From an uncultured Thiomicrospira sp. (lineage in GTDB: Bacteria; Pseudomonadota; Gammaproteobacteria; CAKMZV01), in NCBI GenBank assembly GCA_965195345.1, contig OZ239628.1, positions 32,001-96,000 on the forward strand: a stretch of DNA of 64,000 bases, read 5' to 3'. The notes under the pieces are model-generated. The model ran no database searches. It worked only from the letters and a program-made list of their open reading frames with translations, and was not told the DNA's origin. Each line of letters opens with the position of its first letter. The stretch's first letter is position 1. Made by a program: the position numbers and the translations under genes. This document shows, one piece after another, positions 20,921 through 31,627 of this stretch.

Positions 20921-22681
20921 TTAATTGGCATCATAGATGCGAATGCTTTTTTCATCTAATTTTAAATCAAGAGTTTCACGCATTTTCTGAAAACCCACAT
21001 CTTCTTCAATCATCTTTAAAGCCTTACCTTCCAATGTGTCGTTCAAGGTATTCTCGACTTCAACAAGAGCAATAAATTCAAGCTTGATTGCTTTTTCAAA
21101 TTGTGTGTTCAACTGTTCAACGATCTGCTTTTTTTGGATATCATTACACATATCAACATACATTTGCTTCAATCCTAATTTGAGCAACCCATCTTCTGAT
21201 AATTCTTTAAACTGACTATTGCGCAAATATTGCCAAACAATGTTTGAAAAAGCCTTTCGATTACTTTGCAACCAATCACCCCAGTTGTTTCCATTTAAAT
21301 CTGGAAGAGAGTGTTTCTTTGCCTGTGAATTAAGGTCTGAATTTTCCTCAACTGATTTGACTTTTAAATCGTTTTCACCTGCATTGTTGGATTTTTGAGT
21401 TGTCTCTGATTGAGAAGGCTCTGTTGCATTGGTCTTTAATGACTGAGAGGCAGTGCCTTTTTGATCTGGTGAATTTGTACTTTCTTGCTTAAAGCTAAAG
21501 CGTGCAACGTTTTCAGTTTCTTTTTTACTGTCTTGATTAGAATCCGTCCCGTGCTTGTTATCCGTTATTAGCTTAGATTTTTTTTCTTCATCAGGTCTAA
21601 AAGCAATCAGTCTAAGTACCAACATTTCAAACGACACTTTAGGATTTATTGCCGATGCAAGGTCAGACTGTCCCTTTTGCAATAGATCATAAAATAATTG
21701 AATCTCCTCAGCCTTTACTTCTTGACTCTGAGATACGAGGGTTTCCGCCACACCAAATCGCATAAGTTGCATTGCTGGCTTTCCCAGATGCTTAACCAAT
21801 GCTAACTGATGAACCCACTCTATCAAGCACTTCAACAAATTGACGCAATCGCCACTTTGGTGAAACATGTTTTGGGTTATCTCAATAGCTAATTGTCCAT
21901 TTCTATCGATCACTGCTTGAATTAACGCGCTAACATAACTCTCTGCAACTAATCCCAACATGCCGTGCACTTCCTCACTCTTAATCGTTCCTGCCCCAAG
22001 AGCAATGCTTTGATCGAGTAAACTAAGCCCGTCACGAATACTACCGTCAGCGGCTTGAGCAATCCACTCTAATGCCTTTTTGTCATCGCATTCAATTTTT
22101 TCTTCGCTTAATATTTTTTCAAACAATCCCACTATGGCACTTTTTTCTACTCGCTGTAAACGTAACTGCATGCACCGAGATAAAATAGTCACTGGCAATT
22201 TTTCAGCGTTTGTAGTGGCTAACAAGAATTTCACGTGCTCTGGAGGTTCTTCCAAAGTCTTTAACATTGCATTAAAACTTGATTTAGAGAACATATGAAC
22301 TTCGTCAATCAAATACACCTTGTATTTTCCTGAAGTAGGAGCATATTGCACATTCTCAAGAATTTCACGTGTATCGTCGACTCCTGTTTTTGAAGCGGCG
22401 TCTATTTCAATCAGGTCAGGGAACGAACCTGCATTAATAGACTTGCATGCCATACATTCGCCACAGGGAGTGCTACTAACACCTTTCTCACAATTCAACG
22501 CTTTAGCAAGTAGTCTTGCAAGCGTTGTTTTACCAACTCCTCGAGTGCCTACGAACAAATAGGCATGATGCAATCTCCCACTATTGAGCGCATTGCTTAA
22601 TGCCTTTACAACAGAATCTTGCCCTACCACTTCATCAAAGGAAGTAGGTCTCCATTTTCTTGCTAATACTTGGTAACTCAT
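20921..22681 (-). CDS. dnaX: DNA polymerase III subunits tau/gamma
   Basis: MSYQVLARKWRP, GTRGVGKTT, CxxC Zn module, IDEVH, TILSRC. Start placed at ATG 22681. Confidence 0.95.
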   Translation of the reverse strand: MSYQVLARKWRPTSFDEVVGQDSVVKALSNALNSGRLHHAYLFVGTRGVGKTTLARLLAKALNCEKGVSSTPCGECMACKSINAGSFPDLIEIDAASKTGVDDTREILENVQYAPTSGKYKVYLIDEVHMFSKSSFNAMLKTLEEPPEHVKFLLATTNAEKLPVTILSRCMQLRLQRVEKSAIVGLFEKILSEEKIECDDKKALEWIAQAADGSIRDGLSLLDQSIALGAGTIKSEEVHGMLGLVAESYVSALIQAVIDRNGQLAIEITQNMFHQSGDCVNLLKCLIEWVHQLALVKHLGKPAMQLMRFGVAETLVSQSQEVKAEEIQLFYDLLQKGQSDLASAINPKVSFEMLVLRLIAFRPDEEKKSKLITDNKHGTDSNQDSKKETENVARFSFKQESTNSPDQKGTASQSLKTNATEPSQSETTQKSNNAGENDLKVKSVEENSDLNSQAKKHSLPDLNGNNWGDWLQSNRKAFSNIVWQYLRNSQFKELSEDGLLKLGLKQMYVDMCNDIQKKQIVEQLNTQFEKAIKLEFIALVEVENTLNDTLEGKALKMIEEDVGFQKMRETLDLKLDEKSIRIYDAN

Positions 22682-22714
22682 TTTTAATACTCTATTGATT
22701 TTGCCTTCCAAACA

Positions 22715-23257
22715 TCACTCTTTTATTATTTGAATCGCTTCTTGAAGGTTGCAAATGTGGTGTTCGACAATGTCACTGGTTGGTGCCTTGTTGTTGAACA
22801 AAATATTTTTTTTAATTCCAGCTGCCAAAGCCGCCTCAATATCGTGCACGCGGTCACCAATAATCCAAGATTGACCTATATCAATATTATGCTCTCGAAT
22901 CGCTTGTAAGAACATCCCTGATTTTGGCTTGCGGCAATTGCAATCTATTTTATATTTATCATTTCCAAAACTGGGATGGTGAGGACAAAAATACACATCT
23001 AAAAAGGAAGCTCCGTTGTTTCGAAATTCTTGCATCATCCAGTCAGTCAACTTCCAAAATTGAGTCTCATCGTATAGCCCACGAGCAATTCCAGATTGGT
23101 TTGTAACCATGATCAATTCATACTGACACTTTTTGAGGTGCGCACACAAAGAAAAAATACCATCAATAAATTGGCATTGATCCACCTCATGCAGATAGCC
23201 CGTATCCACATTTATAACACCATCCCTGTCAAAAAAAACCACTTTTTTATCTGCCAT
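22715..23257 (-). CDS. gmhB: D-glycero-D-manno-heptose-1,7-bisphosphate phosphatase
   Basis: FFDRDGVIN, TNQSGIARG, CPHHP..CNCRKP, IGDR. Confidence 0.9.
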   Translation of the reverse strand: MADKKVVFFDRDGVINVDTGYLHEVDQCQFIDGIFSLCAHLKKCQYELIMVTNQSGIARGLYDETQFWKLTDWMMQEFRNNGASFLDVYFCPHHPSFGNDKYKIDCNCRKPKSGMFLQAIREHNIDIGQSWIIGDRVHDIEAALAAGIKKNILFNNKAPTSDIVEHHICNLQEAIQIIKE

Positions 23258-23274
23258 ATACTACGATAATGTGT

Positions 23275-23310
23275 TTGCTATATAAATTTTATAGAGTACA
23301 ATACGCCCGC
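23275..23310 (+). promoter_or_regulatory. sigma70 promoter of tRNA-Lys
   Basis: TTGCTA-N16-TACAAT followed by a GC-rich discriminator. Confidence 0.55.
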
Positions 23311-23339
23311 TTTCGAAGAACAAATTTCTTTGATTCTAT

Positions 23340-23415
23340 GGGCCGTTAGCTCAGTTGGTAGAGCACCGGACTTTTAATCCGTTGGTCCCGCGTTCGAGCC
23401 GCGGACGGCCCACCA
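23340..23415 (+). tRNA. tRNA-Lys (UUU)
   Basis: GGGCCGT/ACGGCCC acceptor stem, AGCTCAGTTGGTAGAGC D arm, CTTTTAA anticodon loop, GTTCGAG T loop, encoded CCA; 76 nt. Confidence 0.97.
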
Positions 23416-23425
23416 CCCCTCTGAC

Positions 23426-24508
23426 TTATCTTCTCAGCTTCGATTTTGCTTGCGTTTTAATTCTATAACCAAAACGCACCAAACGCGCATAAACTAGTAA
23501 ATAAAGCGTAATAAAGCCTAACAATCCTACTAGCAATAATCCTGTACTATCCCAAAAAACAAGCGCCCAAATTGAAGGGATTATAGAAAAAATCCATAAT
23601 AACGGTGAAGTTAATGAGTTCTGCATGACTTGCGTAATTAGGGATTTTCTAAATTTAGCGCGAACAATTCTTTGATAGACCAACATATGTAAATGCACTC
23701 TATCGGGCAAACTGGGAGACATATTCCGCACTATTTTTTTACGATAGATAGCAAATAGTGTTTCGATAATTGGATAAGCCATCACCATAAAACCGAACCA
23801 AGGAGACACTTCCTCGTGTCTGTTTACGGTTAATACCGCAATTTCAGCCAACCAAAAACCCAGAAAATATGCTCCCCCATCACCACAAAATATTTTCCCA
23901 AAGGGATAGTTCCATAACATCAAGCCGATGGTGGATGCTACTCCCAACAAGCAAACATTAACCAAAAATCCATCTCCTAACATGTAATTTAATAAAGCGA
24001 AAGTCACAAATGCTAACAGGCAAAATCCAAGCATCAAGCCATTGTATCCATCAATTATATTAACCGAATGGGCAACCCCACCAACTGCAAAAGCTGTAAA
24101 GATCAGTGAAGCAATCGTGAAATAGGCGAATAGTTCATTAAAACCAACCACGCCAACGCGTCTTAATTCAGCATCGACAAGCCAAAAAGCCATGCCTGCT
24201 GAAAAAAAAGTGCAGATCAGCCTCCAAAATGGTGACACCTTATGAGTAAAATCTTCTGCAATTCCACCAATGAACGCAATGGAGCCTGCCATCCATAAAA
24301 GCACCACAGCATCATTTGACGTAAGCAACGCACCCACGCCTACGCTTACAAAAACAGCCACCCCACCTATGCGAGGAGTGGGCGCCGTATGAAATTTTTG
24401 TGCCCCTTTCAGCTCTTTATCTATTCCTATATCTATTCTATTTGCTAAATAGATAACAGCCATATTAACCAAAAAACATACTACAAGGACTGTCGCCAAA
24501 ATCAACAT
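23426..24508 (-). CDS. WecA/MraY-family undecaprenyl-phosphate sugar-1-phosphate transferase
   Basis: PTPRIGG, NIIDGYNG, IFCGDGG, PDRVHLH; multi-TM. Confidence 0.88.
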   Translation of the reverse strand: MLILATVLVVCFLVNMAVIYLANRIDIGIDKELKGAQKFHTAPTPRIGGVAVFVSVGVGALLTSNDAVVLLWMAGSIAFIGGIAEDFTHKVSPFWRLICTFFSAGMAFWLVDAELRRVGVVGFNELFAYFTIASLIFTAFAVGGVAHSVNIIDGYNGLMLGFCLLAFVTFALLNYMLGDGFLVNVCLLGVASTIGLMLWNYPFGKIFCGDGGAYFLGFWLAEIAVLTVNRHEEVSPWFGFMVMAYPIIETLFAIYRKKIVRNMSPSLPDRVHLHMLVYQRIVRAKFRKSLITQVMQNSLTSPLLWIFSIIPSIWALVFWDSTGLLLVGLLGFITLYLLVYARLVRFGYRIKTQAKSKLRR

Positions 24509-25626
24509 TGTTCAATGACCTCATCGATTTTTTTAAACACACAAGAATTAAGGAAATTCGCTTGTACACGCAACAAAGCAGATTTTCCATAGCTTTCCGT
24601 CAAATCAGAGTGAACATGCAACTTTTTCATTGCCTCAGCAAAATCTTCTTTACTGCCAGGAGGAACGGTAAGCCCTGTTTCTTCATGAATTGATACCCAA
24701 GGAACTCCAGATTGTAGGTTTGTATTAATAATGGGCTTTGCAAAAGCCATCGCCTCTATTTGCGTAATTCCAAAAGCTTCACTGTTTCGTGTAGATGGAA
24801 ATAAAAAACAATAACAAGTACTCTGTAGCCATTTTTTTTCCAACTCTGAAACAAACGCACTTACAAAATAAAGATTCGGATATTGTTCAACACAATCAAT
24901 AACTTGTTGACTACACTCGCCACTGCCTGCAATTATTACTGGTCTATCACAATCCTTAAAATAAATATCTAACGCGCCCAACAATACTTCAATCCCTTTA
25001 TAGTAAGACAATCTTCCCAAAAAAAGCATTCCATCAGATGGAACAGCTCTTCCTTTTATATCAAAAATATCACAACATTCAACATTTTCAGTGTAATCAT
25101 CCGCTATAGAAAGAGGAATAACTTCTTTTGATATATTGGGGACACCTTTAAAGTCAAACATTTGTTTAAGCTGAGGCGACGTAAAGATAATTCGGCTCCT
25201 TTTGAGCATATTCTTAGTGAATGGCGCAACTAAAATTTTTAAATATTTTTGACGGACAATATTACTGTGCCAGTGCACTAAAATCGTTTTTGCTGACACG
25301 AGCCACTGCATTGCATCAAATAGCGGGAATGGATAGTGAAAATAGATAACATCGTTTTTCTTCTCCAACGCAATCAATCGCCAACAAAACGAAACAGAAA
25401 TCGGCATTGCTCCCATTTTCAACGCCCCTGCTCTTATGATATTGACACCATCAGCTTTTTCAAAAGTTGTCTTCCAACCTTTGGATTGACAACACAACAC
25501 CGTAACTTTATGCCCCTGAGCACTAAAATAATTAGCATACTGTTGCGCTACTACCTCAACTCCACCAATCCACGGCGGATAAAACTTAACAACAATCAAT
25601 ATTCGCTTTGGCTTTATTGTCGCCAC
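24502..25626 (-). CDS. GT4 family glycosyltransferase
   Basis: KFYPP..GGVE, GRLSYYKG, EAFGITQIEAM. Confidence 0.9.
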   Translation of the reverse strand: MATIKPKRILIVVKFYPPWIGGVEVVAQQYANYFSAQGHKVTVLCCQSKGWKTTFEKADGVNIIRAGALKMGAMPISVSFCWRLIALEKKNDVIYFHYPFPLFDAMQWLVSAKTILVHWHSNIVRQKYLKILVAPFTKNMLKRSRIIFTSPQLKQMFDFKGVPNISKEVIPLSIADDYTENVECCDIFDIKGRAVPSDGMLFLGRLSYYKGIEVLLGALDIYFKDCDRPVIIAGSGECSQQVIDCVEQYPNLYFVSAFVSELEKKWLQSTCYCFLFPSTRNSEAFGITQIEAMAFAKPIINTNLQSGVPWVSIHEETGLTVPPGSKEDFAEAMKKLHVHSDLTESYGKSALLRVQANFLNSCVFKKIDEVIEQC

Positions 25627-25958
25627 CGCTCAACCTCAATGGTTGCTGACTTAGGATTCCCCGCGACGATAACCGACTTGTGAATGCGCACGCAAACCTT
25701 CTCCAAACAGTCTTTTTGTAGAAGCCAAGTGGCAATATCTTCAACCAACTCCTCAATCAGTCCAAAAGCACTATGTTTGTAACGGCTTTGCAACTCTTCG
25801 GCCAAGTTGGCATAATCAACTACAGGATTATTATTCAACAGTAATGCACTCAAATGCATCTCAATATCAATATCAACTTTTTGCAGATTTTTTCGTTCCC
25901 AATCATAAACGCCAATATATAAAATCAGTTCAATACTGTTAAGAAACAATTTATTCAC
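25614..25958 (-). CDS. folB: dihydroneopterin aldolase
   Basis: IGVYDWER..Q, VDY, LIEELVE, VRIHK; GTG start at 25958 inferred. Confidence 0.8.
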   Translation of the reverse strand: MNKLFLNSIELILYIGVYDWERKNLQKVDIDIEMHLSALLLNNNPVVDYANLAEELQSRYKHSAFGLIEELVEDIATWLLQKDCLEKVCVRIHKSVIVAGNPKSATIEVERWRQ

Positions 25959-25959
25959 T

Positions 25960-26424
25960 TTAATCAACGCCTTCGGATGAGTGCCAGCGCAATGCTGCTT
26001 GAATATCTTTCTCCCGCTCTCCAACCCATCGCTCACCATGCTCAGTAATTTCTTTTTTCCAAAAAGGCGATTGTGTTTTTAGATAATCCATAATGAATGC
26101 ACAAGCTTGTAATGAGTCTTCTCTGTGTTCAGCGCACGCAGCAACTAATACAATCTTATCTCCAGGGTTAAAATGACCAATTCGGTGAATAATGAGCGTT
26201 TTTTTGAGCGACCAGCGCTTACAAGCTTGCACTTCTATTTTTTCCAAAGATTTTTCTGTCATCCCTGGATAGTGTTCAAGCCATAGTTCACTTACGCTGT
26301 CACCCAAATTAAAATCGCGCATTAAGCCAATAAAAATACCTACCGCCCCGATAGCGAGGTCCCCATCACACAAACTTGCTAATTCCGCACCCGTATCAAT
26401 ATCACCACTTTGCACTTTAACCAT
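25960..26424 (-). CDS. moaE: molybdopterin synthase catalytic subunit
   Basis: [29 protein letters not shown]. Confidence 0.93.
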   Translation of the reverse strand: MVKVQSGDIDTGAELASLCDGDLAIGAVGIFIGLMRDFNLGDSVSELWLEHYPGMTEKSLEKIEVQACKRWSLKKTLIIHRIGHFNPGDKIVLVAACAEHREDSLQACAFIMDYLKTQSPFWKKEITEHGERWVGEREKDIQAALRWHSSEGVD

Positions 26425-27475
26425 TATCGCCTTTGTTCGAAAATTCATGAATAGCATTTAACATAACCGTCACTTTCTCTGGCTTTACTCGTGGTGTGAT
26501 TCCGTGCCCCAAATTAAAGATGTGTCCTGGCTCCCCTGAATACGCTTGTAAAATTCGTTGAACTTCACTTATTATCGATTCATCGCTGCCTAACAGTACG
26601 GACGGATCCATATTCCCTTGCAAAGCAACTTTGTCGCCCACACGTCTTTTGGCATCCTTCAAATCAACAGTCCAATCCAGTCCAATTGCGTCTGCACCGC
26701 TATCGGCCATTGATTCAAGCCACAACCCACCACCTTTGGTAAATAAAATAATCGGAATTGAAGCATCAGTGATGTTTTGAATAATTTTTGCCATAGGTGC
26801 TAATGAAAAATCCTCATATGCAGCATGACTTAGCAAACCACCCCACGTATCAAAAATTTGTACTACCTGTGCACCAGCTTCAATCTGTGCATTCAGATAC
26901 GCAATAACACTTTCGGTCAAGATCTGCAATAAATCATTCAGCGCCTGTCTATCGGAATAAATCATTGACTTGATCGTGGCAAAATCTTTGCTGCTACTTC
27001 CTTCCACCATATAACAAGCCAATGTCCATGGACTACCACTGAACCCAATGAGTGGTAACGTTGTTGACAACCCTTGCAGCGACGATGAAATCGTCCTAAC
27101 AGCCTCCATAACATAGCCCAAATCAGTCTTCATATTAGGAACTTTAAGCGCATTTATGCTCGATCGATCTCGTACAGGGTATGAAAATTTTGGTCCCTCA
27201 TTCTCTACAAATTGCAAACCTAATCCCATCGCATCAGGAATAGTCAATATATCAGAGAATAATATAGCTGCATCCAAATGCGGAAATCGTTTCAATGGCT
27301 GTAAAGTCACTTCGTTTGCAAGCTGAGGGTTACGACAAAGAGACATGAAGTCGCCTGCTTGACCTCGAGTCATACGATATTCTGGCAAGTATCGACCTGC
27401 TTGACGCATGATCCAAACAGGAGTGCGATCGACAGCCTGCCTGTTTAACGCTTTTAAAAACCGTGTATTATTCAT
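26417..27475 (-). CDS. hemE: uroporphyrinogen decarboxylase
   Basis: [33 protein letters not shown]. Confidence 0.97.
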   Translation of the reverse strand: MNNTRFLKALNRQAVDRTPVWIMRQAGRYLPEYRMTRGQAGDFMSLCRNPQLANEVTLQPLKRFPHLDAAILFSDILTIPDAMGLGLQFVENEGPKFSYPVRDRSSINALKVPNMKTDLGYVMEAVRTISSSLQGLSTTLPLIGFSGSPWTLACYMVEGSSSKDFATIKSMIYSDRQALNDLLQILTESVIAYLNAQIEAGAQVVQIFDTWGGLLSHAAYEDFSLAPMAKIIQNITDASIPIILFTKGGGLWLESMADSGADAIGLDWTVDLKDAKRRVGDKVALQGNMDPSVLLGSDESIISEVQRILQAYSGEPGHIFNLGHGITPRVKPEKVTVMLNAIHEFSNKGDNG

Positions 27476-27492
27476 TTATATATTTATTCATA

Positions 27493-28287
27493 TTAGTTCA
27501 CATTCTCTACTACATCGAACATAGCAGGATGAAGCAGATCTAAAACTGCACGCCCCTTATACCAATGATAGTATCCATTTGCGCTCACCCATTTCATATT
27601 CAAGTTATGCGGCTTTGTCTCGTCAAACCATTTCCAATTATCTCGTTTAATACGCAAACTAATCAATCCTCGCAAGTTAATCCAAACCGATTTTTTGGTT
27701 CGCCGTACATCTACAACTTCCCCTAAAATGCGAATAAACCCACTGCCTTTGTGCCGTCGCACACCGATATTTTTTGCAAGCACCTCGACGTTCTTCGTAT
27801 TTTCCCACATCCCAGCACGCTGTAATCTTGCATTATTACGTGATTTCTTGTAACACTCTACTTTTTCAACATTAGGAGGCACAATTAATAATTGTGCTAA
27901 GCCTTTTCGCAGCAACTGTGCATTAAGGTTTACCCCTTTCTCATTGAATACATGAGCCAATAATCGACCATATCGATCAACGCTTGCTGTGGATGTTTCA
28001 AGCACAATGACTTTCTTTTCCCCTATCATCTCCTCAAGCATTCTCTTTGCCTCAATCGCAAAAGGTTGATGCTTCTTTAGGTGGTTTTTTTTATTTGCAA
28101 GCTCTCGAGCATTTATGCCCAACAGACGAACAGACCGCCCATCACGAAGATGGACAGTATCACCATCAATAACTGATTTAATACGTACCGTTTCGCCCAC
28201 CTTCAGCGGCATACATTCAGCGCTCTCAAAAGCAAAAACAGCTTGACAAAAGAAAACCGCCCCAATTAGAAGAATTTTCCTAATCAC
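27493..28287 (-). CDS. secreted thermonuclease (SNase) family protein with extra C-terminal domain
   Basis: Signal peptide; VIDGDT, VRLLGINARE, DRYGRLLA, GMW. Confidence 0.85.
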   Translation of the reverse strand: MIRKILLIGAVFFCQAVFAFESAECMPLKVGETVRIKSVIDGDTVHLRDGRSVRLLGINARELANKKNHLKKHQPFAIEAKRMLEEMIGEKKVIVLETSTASVDRYGRLLAHVFNEKGVNLNAQLLRKGLAQLLIVPPNVEKVECYKKSRNNARLQRAGMWENTKNVEVLAKNIGVRRHKGSGFIRILGEVVDVRRTKKSVWINLRGLISLRIKRDNWKWFDETKPHNLNMKWVSANGYYHWYKGRAVLDLLHPAMFDVVENVN

Positions 28288-28296
28288 GAGGCGGTT

Positions 28297-28317
28297 AAAA
28301 AAACCGGATAACTCGGT
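28297..28317 (-). terminator. weak terminator after rpmE2
   Basis: ACCG-N7-CGGT followed by a T-run on the minus strand. Confidence 0.4.
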
Positions 28318-28319
28318 AT

Positions 28320-28562
28320 TTATTCCATCCCATATTTTTCAAGGAACTTCTCTACACGACCTTGTGTCTTACCAAGGTTTTGCTTACCTGTATAGAAGGG
28401 ATGTGATGCTGAACTAACCTCTACGCGAACTAAAGGATACGTTTTCCCATCGAGCTCAATCGTTTGATCGGATGATAGTGTTGAACGAGTTACAAAGGTA
28501 TCTCCAGTAGAGATATCTTGAAAAACAACTTCTGCATAATTTGGATGAATTTCTGAGTTCAT
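28320..28562 (-). CDS. rpmE2: 50S ribosomal protein L31 type B (no Zn-binding Cys)
   Basis: [31 protein letters not shown]; SD AAGGAG. Confidence 0.92.
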   Translation of the reverse strand: MNSEIHPNYAEVVFQDISTGDTFVTRSTLSSDQTIELDGKTYPLVRVEVSSASHPFYTGKQNLGKTQGRVEKFLEKYGME

Positions 28563-28591
28563 AAGGCTACTCCTTTAAATTTGGCGGTGCA

Positions 28592-29950
28592 TTATACAAC
28601 ATTACAATGCATCTCATCAACCAACTCGCCTCTGAGTGAATTAGAAAAAGCTTCTGTGATTGTTACATCAACAAAAGTACCTATAAGCTCTACTGAACCT
28701 GGGAAATTAACGACTAAATTATTTTCTGTTCTGCCTGCTACTTCATCAACACTTTGTTTGGACAATCGCTCAACTAATACTGTGTACGTGCAACCAATCA
28801 TATTTTTAGCCACTTGCATTGCTTGGGCACTTAACAACTCTTGAAGTTGGTACAAACGTTTCTTCTTAACTTCCAAAGAAGTGGTTTCTAATAAATCAGC
28901 TGCAGGCGTGCCTGGGCGTGCGCTGTATAAAAAGCTAAATGATCTATCATAATGCACTGCCTCAACCAAAGCGATGGTCTTTTCGAAGTCTTCCTCTGTT
29001 TCTCCAGGGAAACCAACAATGAAGTCGGACGATAGGGTAATATTAGGCCGCACTTGGCGCAGTTTTTTAATAATTTGCTTGTATTCAAGCACTGTATGAT
29101 TGCGCTTCATTTTTTGCAGTATCGCGTCAGAGCCCGATTGAACAGGCAAATGCAAATGACTCACCAGTTGCGGCACATCACGAAAACAATCAATTAGGGA
29201 TTGGGTCATCTCTATAGGATGCGAAGTAGTAAAGCGAATCCGATCAATGCCCTCTATGTAGGAGGCATGCTGAATAAGTGTCGCTAGATCAACCTCTTCT
29301 TGCAACCCGTATTGTCCCCTGTATGCATTAACGTTTTGCCCTAAAAAAGTGATTTCTCTAACGCCTTGATTCGCCAACGCTTGCACTTCATTCATCACCT
29401 GCTCATAAGGTCTGCTTACTTCTTCTCCGCGCGTGTAGGGAACAACACAAAAAGAACAATACTTTGAGCACCCCTCCATGATTGACACAAATGCACAAAC
29501 CCCACTAACCTCATGTACAGGTAAATGATCAAATTTTTCAATCTCAGGGAATGAAATATCTACAAGCGCAACCTTTCTATTTTCATTGCGTGCTTCAAGC
29601 ACATCATCAATCATCGCAGGTAAACGATGTAATGTTTGAGGACCAAAAACCACATCGACCCAAGGAGCACGTTTACGTATAGCGCTGCCCTCTTGTGAGG
29701 CAACGCATCCACCAACACCTATTACCCTTCCTTCGCCTTGATTTTTCCAGTTCTTCCAAACGCCTAACTGATCAAAAACTTTTTCCTGTGCCTTTTCTCG
29801 AATTGAACAGGTATTCATCACAATAACATCTGCGTCATTTGCATCTTCAACCAACGCCAATCCATGTGTTTTCTTGAGCAATCCAGCAATACGCTCAGAA
29901 TCGTATACATTCATTTGACAACCGTACGTCTTAATGTAAAGGCTTTTCAT
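28592..29950 (-). CDS. miaB: tRNA-i6A37 methylthiotransferase
   Basis: [22 protein letters not shown] radical-SAM motif, TRAM domain. Confidence 0.97.
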   Translation of the reverse strand: MKSLYIKTYGCQMNVYDSERIAGLLKKTHGLALVEDANDADVIVMNTCSIREKAQEKVFDQLGVWKNWKNQGEGRVIGVGGCVASQEGSAIRKRAPWVDVVFGPQTLHRLPAMIDDVLEARNENRKVALVDISFPEIEKFDHLPVHEVSGVCAFVSIMEGCSKYCSFCVVPYTRGEEVSRPYEQVMNEVQALANQGVREITFLGQNVNAYRGQYGLQEEVDLATLIQHASYIEGIDRIRFTTSHPIEMTQSLIDCFRDVPQLVSHLHLPVQSGSDAILQKMKRNHTVLEYKQIIKKLRQVRPNITLSSDFIVGFPGETEEDFEKTIALVEAVHYDRSFSFLYSARPGTPAADLLETTSLEVKKKRLYQLQELLSAQAMQVAKNMIGCTYTVLVERLSKQSVDEVAGRTENNLVVNFPGSVELIGTFVDVTITEAFSNSLRGELVDEMHCNVV

Positions 29951-30132
29951 TTGTCTTTTATGGGTGTAATCACGTTTGGAAAGTGTTGTTTAAGTTGGGA
30001 AATATCCCTATTCAGGTGATGCTCAGGTAGCGCCATTATACCTAATGAATAAAATTTATATCACCGCGTAGCTGCGTTCGTTCAGTCCACTAGCAAAAAC
30101 AAATATCTCAGTGCGTCTCTTAGTCAACTTCA

Positions 30133-31182
30133 TCACTTCAAGCGAATACTCTCATAATCACAGTTAGAAATATATTTTTCATCAACGGTGGAAATAAACA
30201 CCTGATTTTTGTTCTTTGAAAGACAAGATAATACTTTCAATCGAAACTGTTCATCTAATTCCGAAGAAAAGTCATCAATCAATACAATTGGAGACACGCC
30301 ACACTTCATACTCATTGCAAGCTGTGCAAAATATAAAGCAAACACCACCATTTTCAATTGACCTCTTGAGAATTTATTGGTTATTTTGCTGTCGTTATAT
30401 AAAACCTCAACGTCCCCTCTATGCGCCCCGCTGAAAGTATATAGCTGTTTCGTATCGAGCAACCTTTGACGTTCAAGCACTGATGCATAAAGTTCTTTAC
30501 GGCTATAACCTGGATAATATTCAAGCCTTGTTCGCGTATCATCATTGTCATCGAAAAACATCCCCAAAAACTCTCCAAAAAAACCTTGAAGCTCTTGCAA
30601 GTAATCCTCGCGCTTCTTCCTAAGAAAGCCTTCTTTCTCAACCAATATTTTTTCCCACGCAATAATCTCGCTTAAATCACTCTTTTGCCGCAAACTTAAA
30701 TTGCGTTGTTTAAGTGCTCGGCGGTAATCTTTCCATACTCCCCAATACTCCTCATCATTCAAAAAAAGTGCACGATCAATAAATCGTCTCCTCAATTCAG
30801 GCTCTTCCAGCAAAAACCGTAATCCATCGGGTCCAATAAAAACCAAAGGCACCAATCGACTCATTCGTTGCGCTGAATCAATCGACACATCGTTATGAAT
30901 GAATCGATTTTTCTCCCAGTTTCTGCGAAATCCAATATGATGAGCAAGCCCATCTTTTTGCATTATGAAGTGCGTCTGAACGATATCTGCACCTTCACGA
31001 ATTATGTCGTTCACGTGCTTCGTTCGAAAAGAACGCCCATTTGCACTACACCAAATCGCTTCAAGAATAGAGGTTTTTCCACATGCATTTGCACCAGAAA
31101 TAACATTAATTGATGAAACAAAATTCATCTTCTTTTCTGTAAAGCAACGAAGCTGGTAAAGTTCAAGGTCGGTTATGTGCAT
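30133..31182 (-). CDS. recF: DNA repair protein RecF
   Basis: GANACGKTSILEAI, GRSFRT, RRRFID, QRN, GAHRGD, SRGQLK, DDFSSELD. Confidence 0.9.
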   Translation of the reverse strand: MHITDLELYQLRCFTEKKMNFVSSINVISGANACGKTSILEAIWCSANGRSFRTKHVNDIIREGADIVQTHFIMQKDGLAHHIGFRRNWEKNRFIHNDVSIDSAQRMSRLVPLVFIGPDGLRFLLEEPELRRRFIDRALFLNDEEYWGVWKDYRRALKQRNLSLRQKSDLSEIIAWEKILVEKEGFLRKKREDYLQELQGFFGEFLGMFFDDNDDTRTRLEYYPGYSRKELYASVLERQRLLDTKQLYTFSGAHRGDVEVLYNDSKITNKFSRGQLKMVVFALYFAQLAMSMKCGVSPIVLIDDFSSELDEQFRLKVLSCLSKNKNQVFISTVDEKYISNCDYESIRLK

Positions 31183-31268
31183 AACATTATTTTATCCACT
31201 CCACGCTCGAACCTAGAAGTATTCTTTATCTGATCAAGTTCTTTATGTCTATGTTTCAAATATCACGC

Positions 31269-31298
31269 AAAAAAAAGCCACAGTCTTGCGACTGTGGC
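31269..31298 (-). terminator. strong rho-independent terminator
   Basis: Perfect 9-bp stem GCCACAGTC/GACTGTGGC, GCAA loop, U8 on the minus strand. Confidence 0.85.
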
Positions 31299-31343
31299 CA
31301 ACTAAAAGAGGAGAAACTACGAAAACAAATCATTAAAATCTGT
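31269..31343 (-). ncRNA. candidate ~75-nt small regulatory RNA with anti-SD seed
   Basis: TAGAAT -10 (31350-31355), UUUCUCCUCU motif (31307-31316), then the terminator; about 330 nt from the nearest upstream CDS. Confidence 0.4.
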
Positions 31344-31627
31344 CATCAAATTCTAATACGCACATTAAAAGATAATCACGCGATAAATCTGAATATATTC
31401 TCTTATAAATTACTATCAAAAATCCATCCATAAAATCAGAGTCAACCTTTGTTGCACACTATTCGCCGACCATTAGCTTTGAATAACAATGGCGAGACGA
31501 TCGCTGACATTGATCTAAATGTGAAAATTTGACGACAATACACCACAAAACAAAGGCGATAATCTTTCAACTATTGTGTTTGTGTAGCCTTCATTCTTTT
31601 GAAGACTAATCCATCAATGACAAACCA

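Noticed and set aside
31245-31433. 62-aa plus-strand ORF
   Set aside because: Runs across the terminator and sRNA candidate; no SD or recognisable domain.
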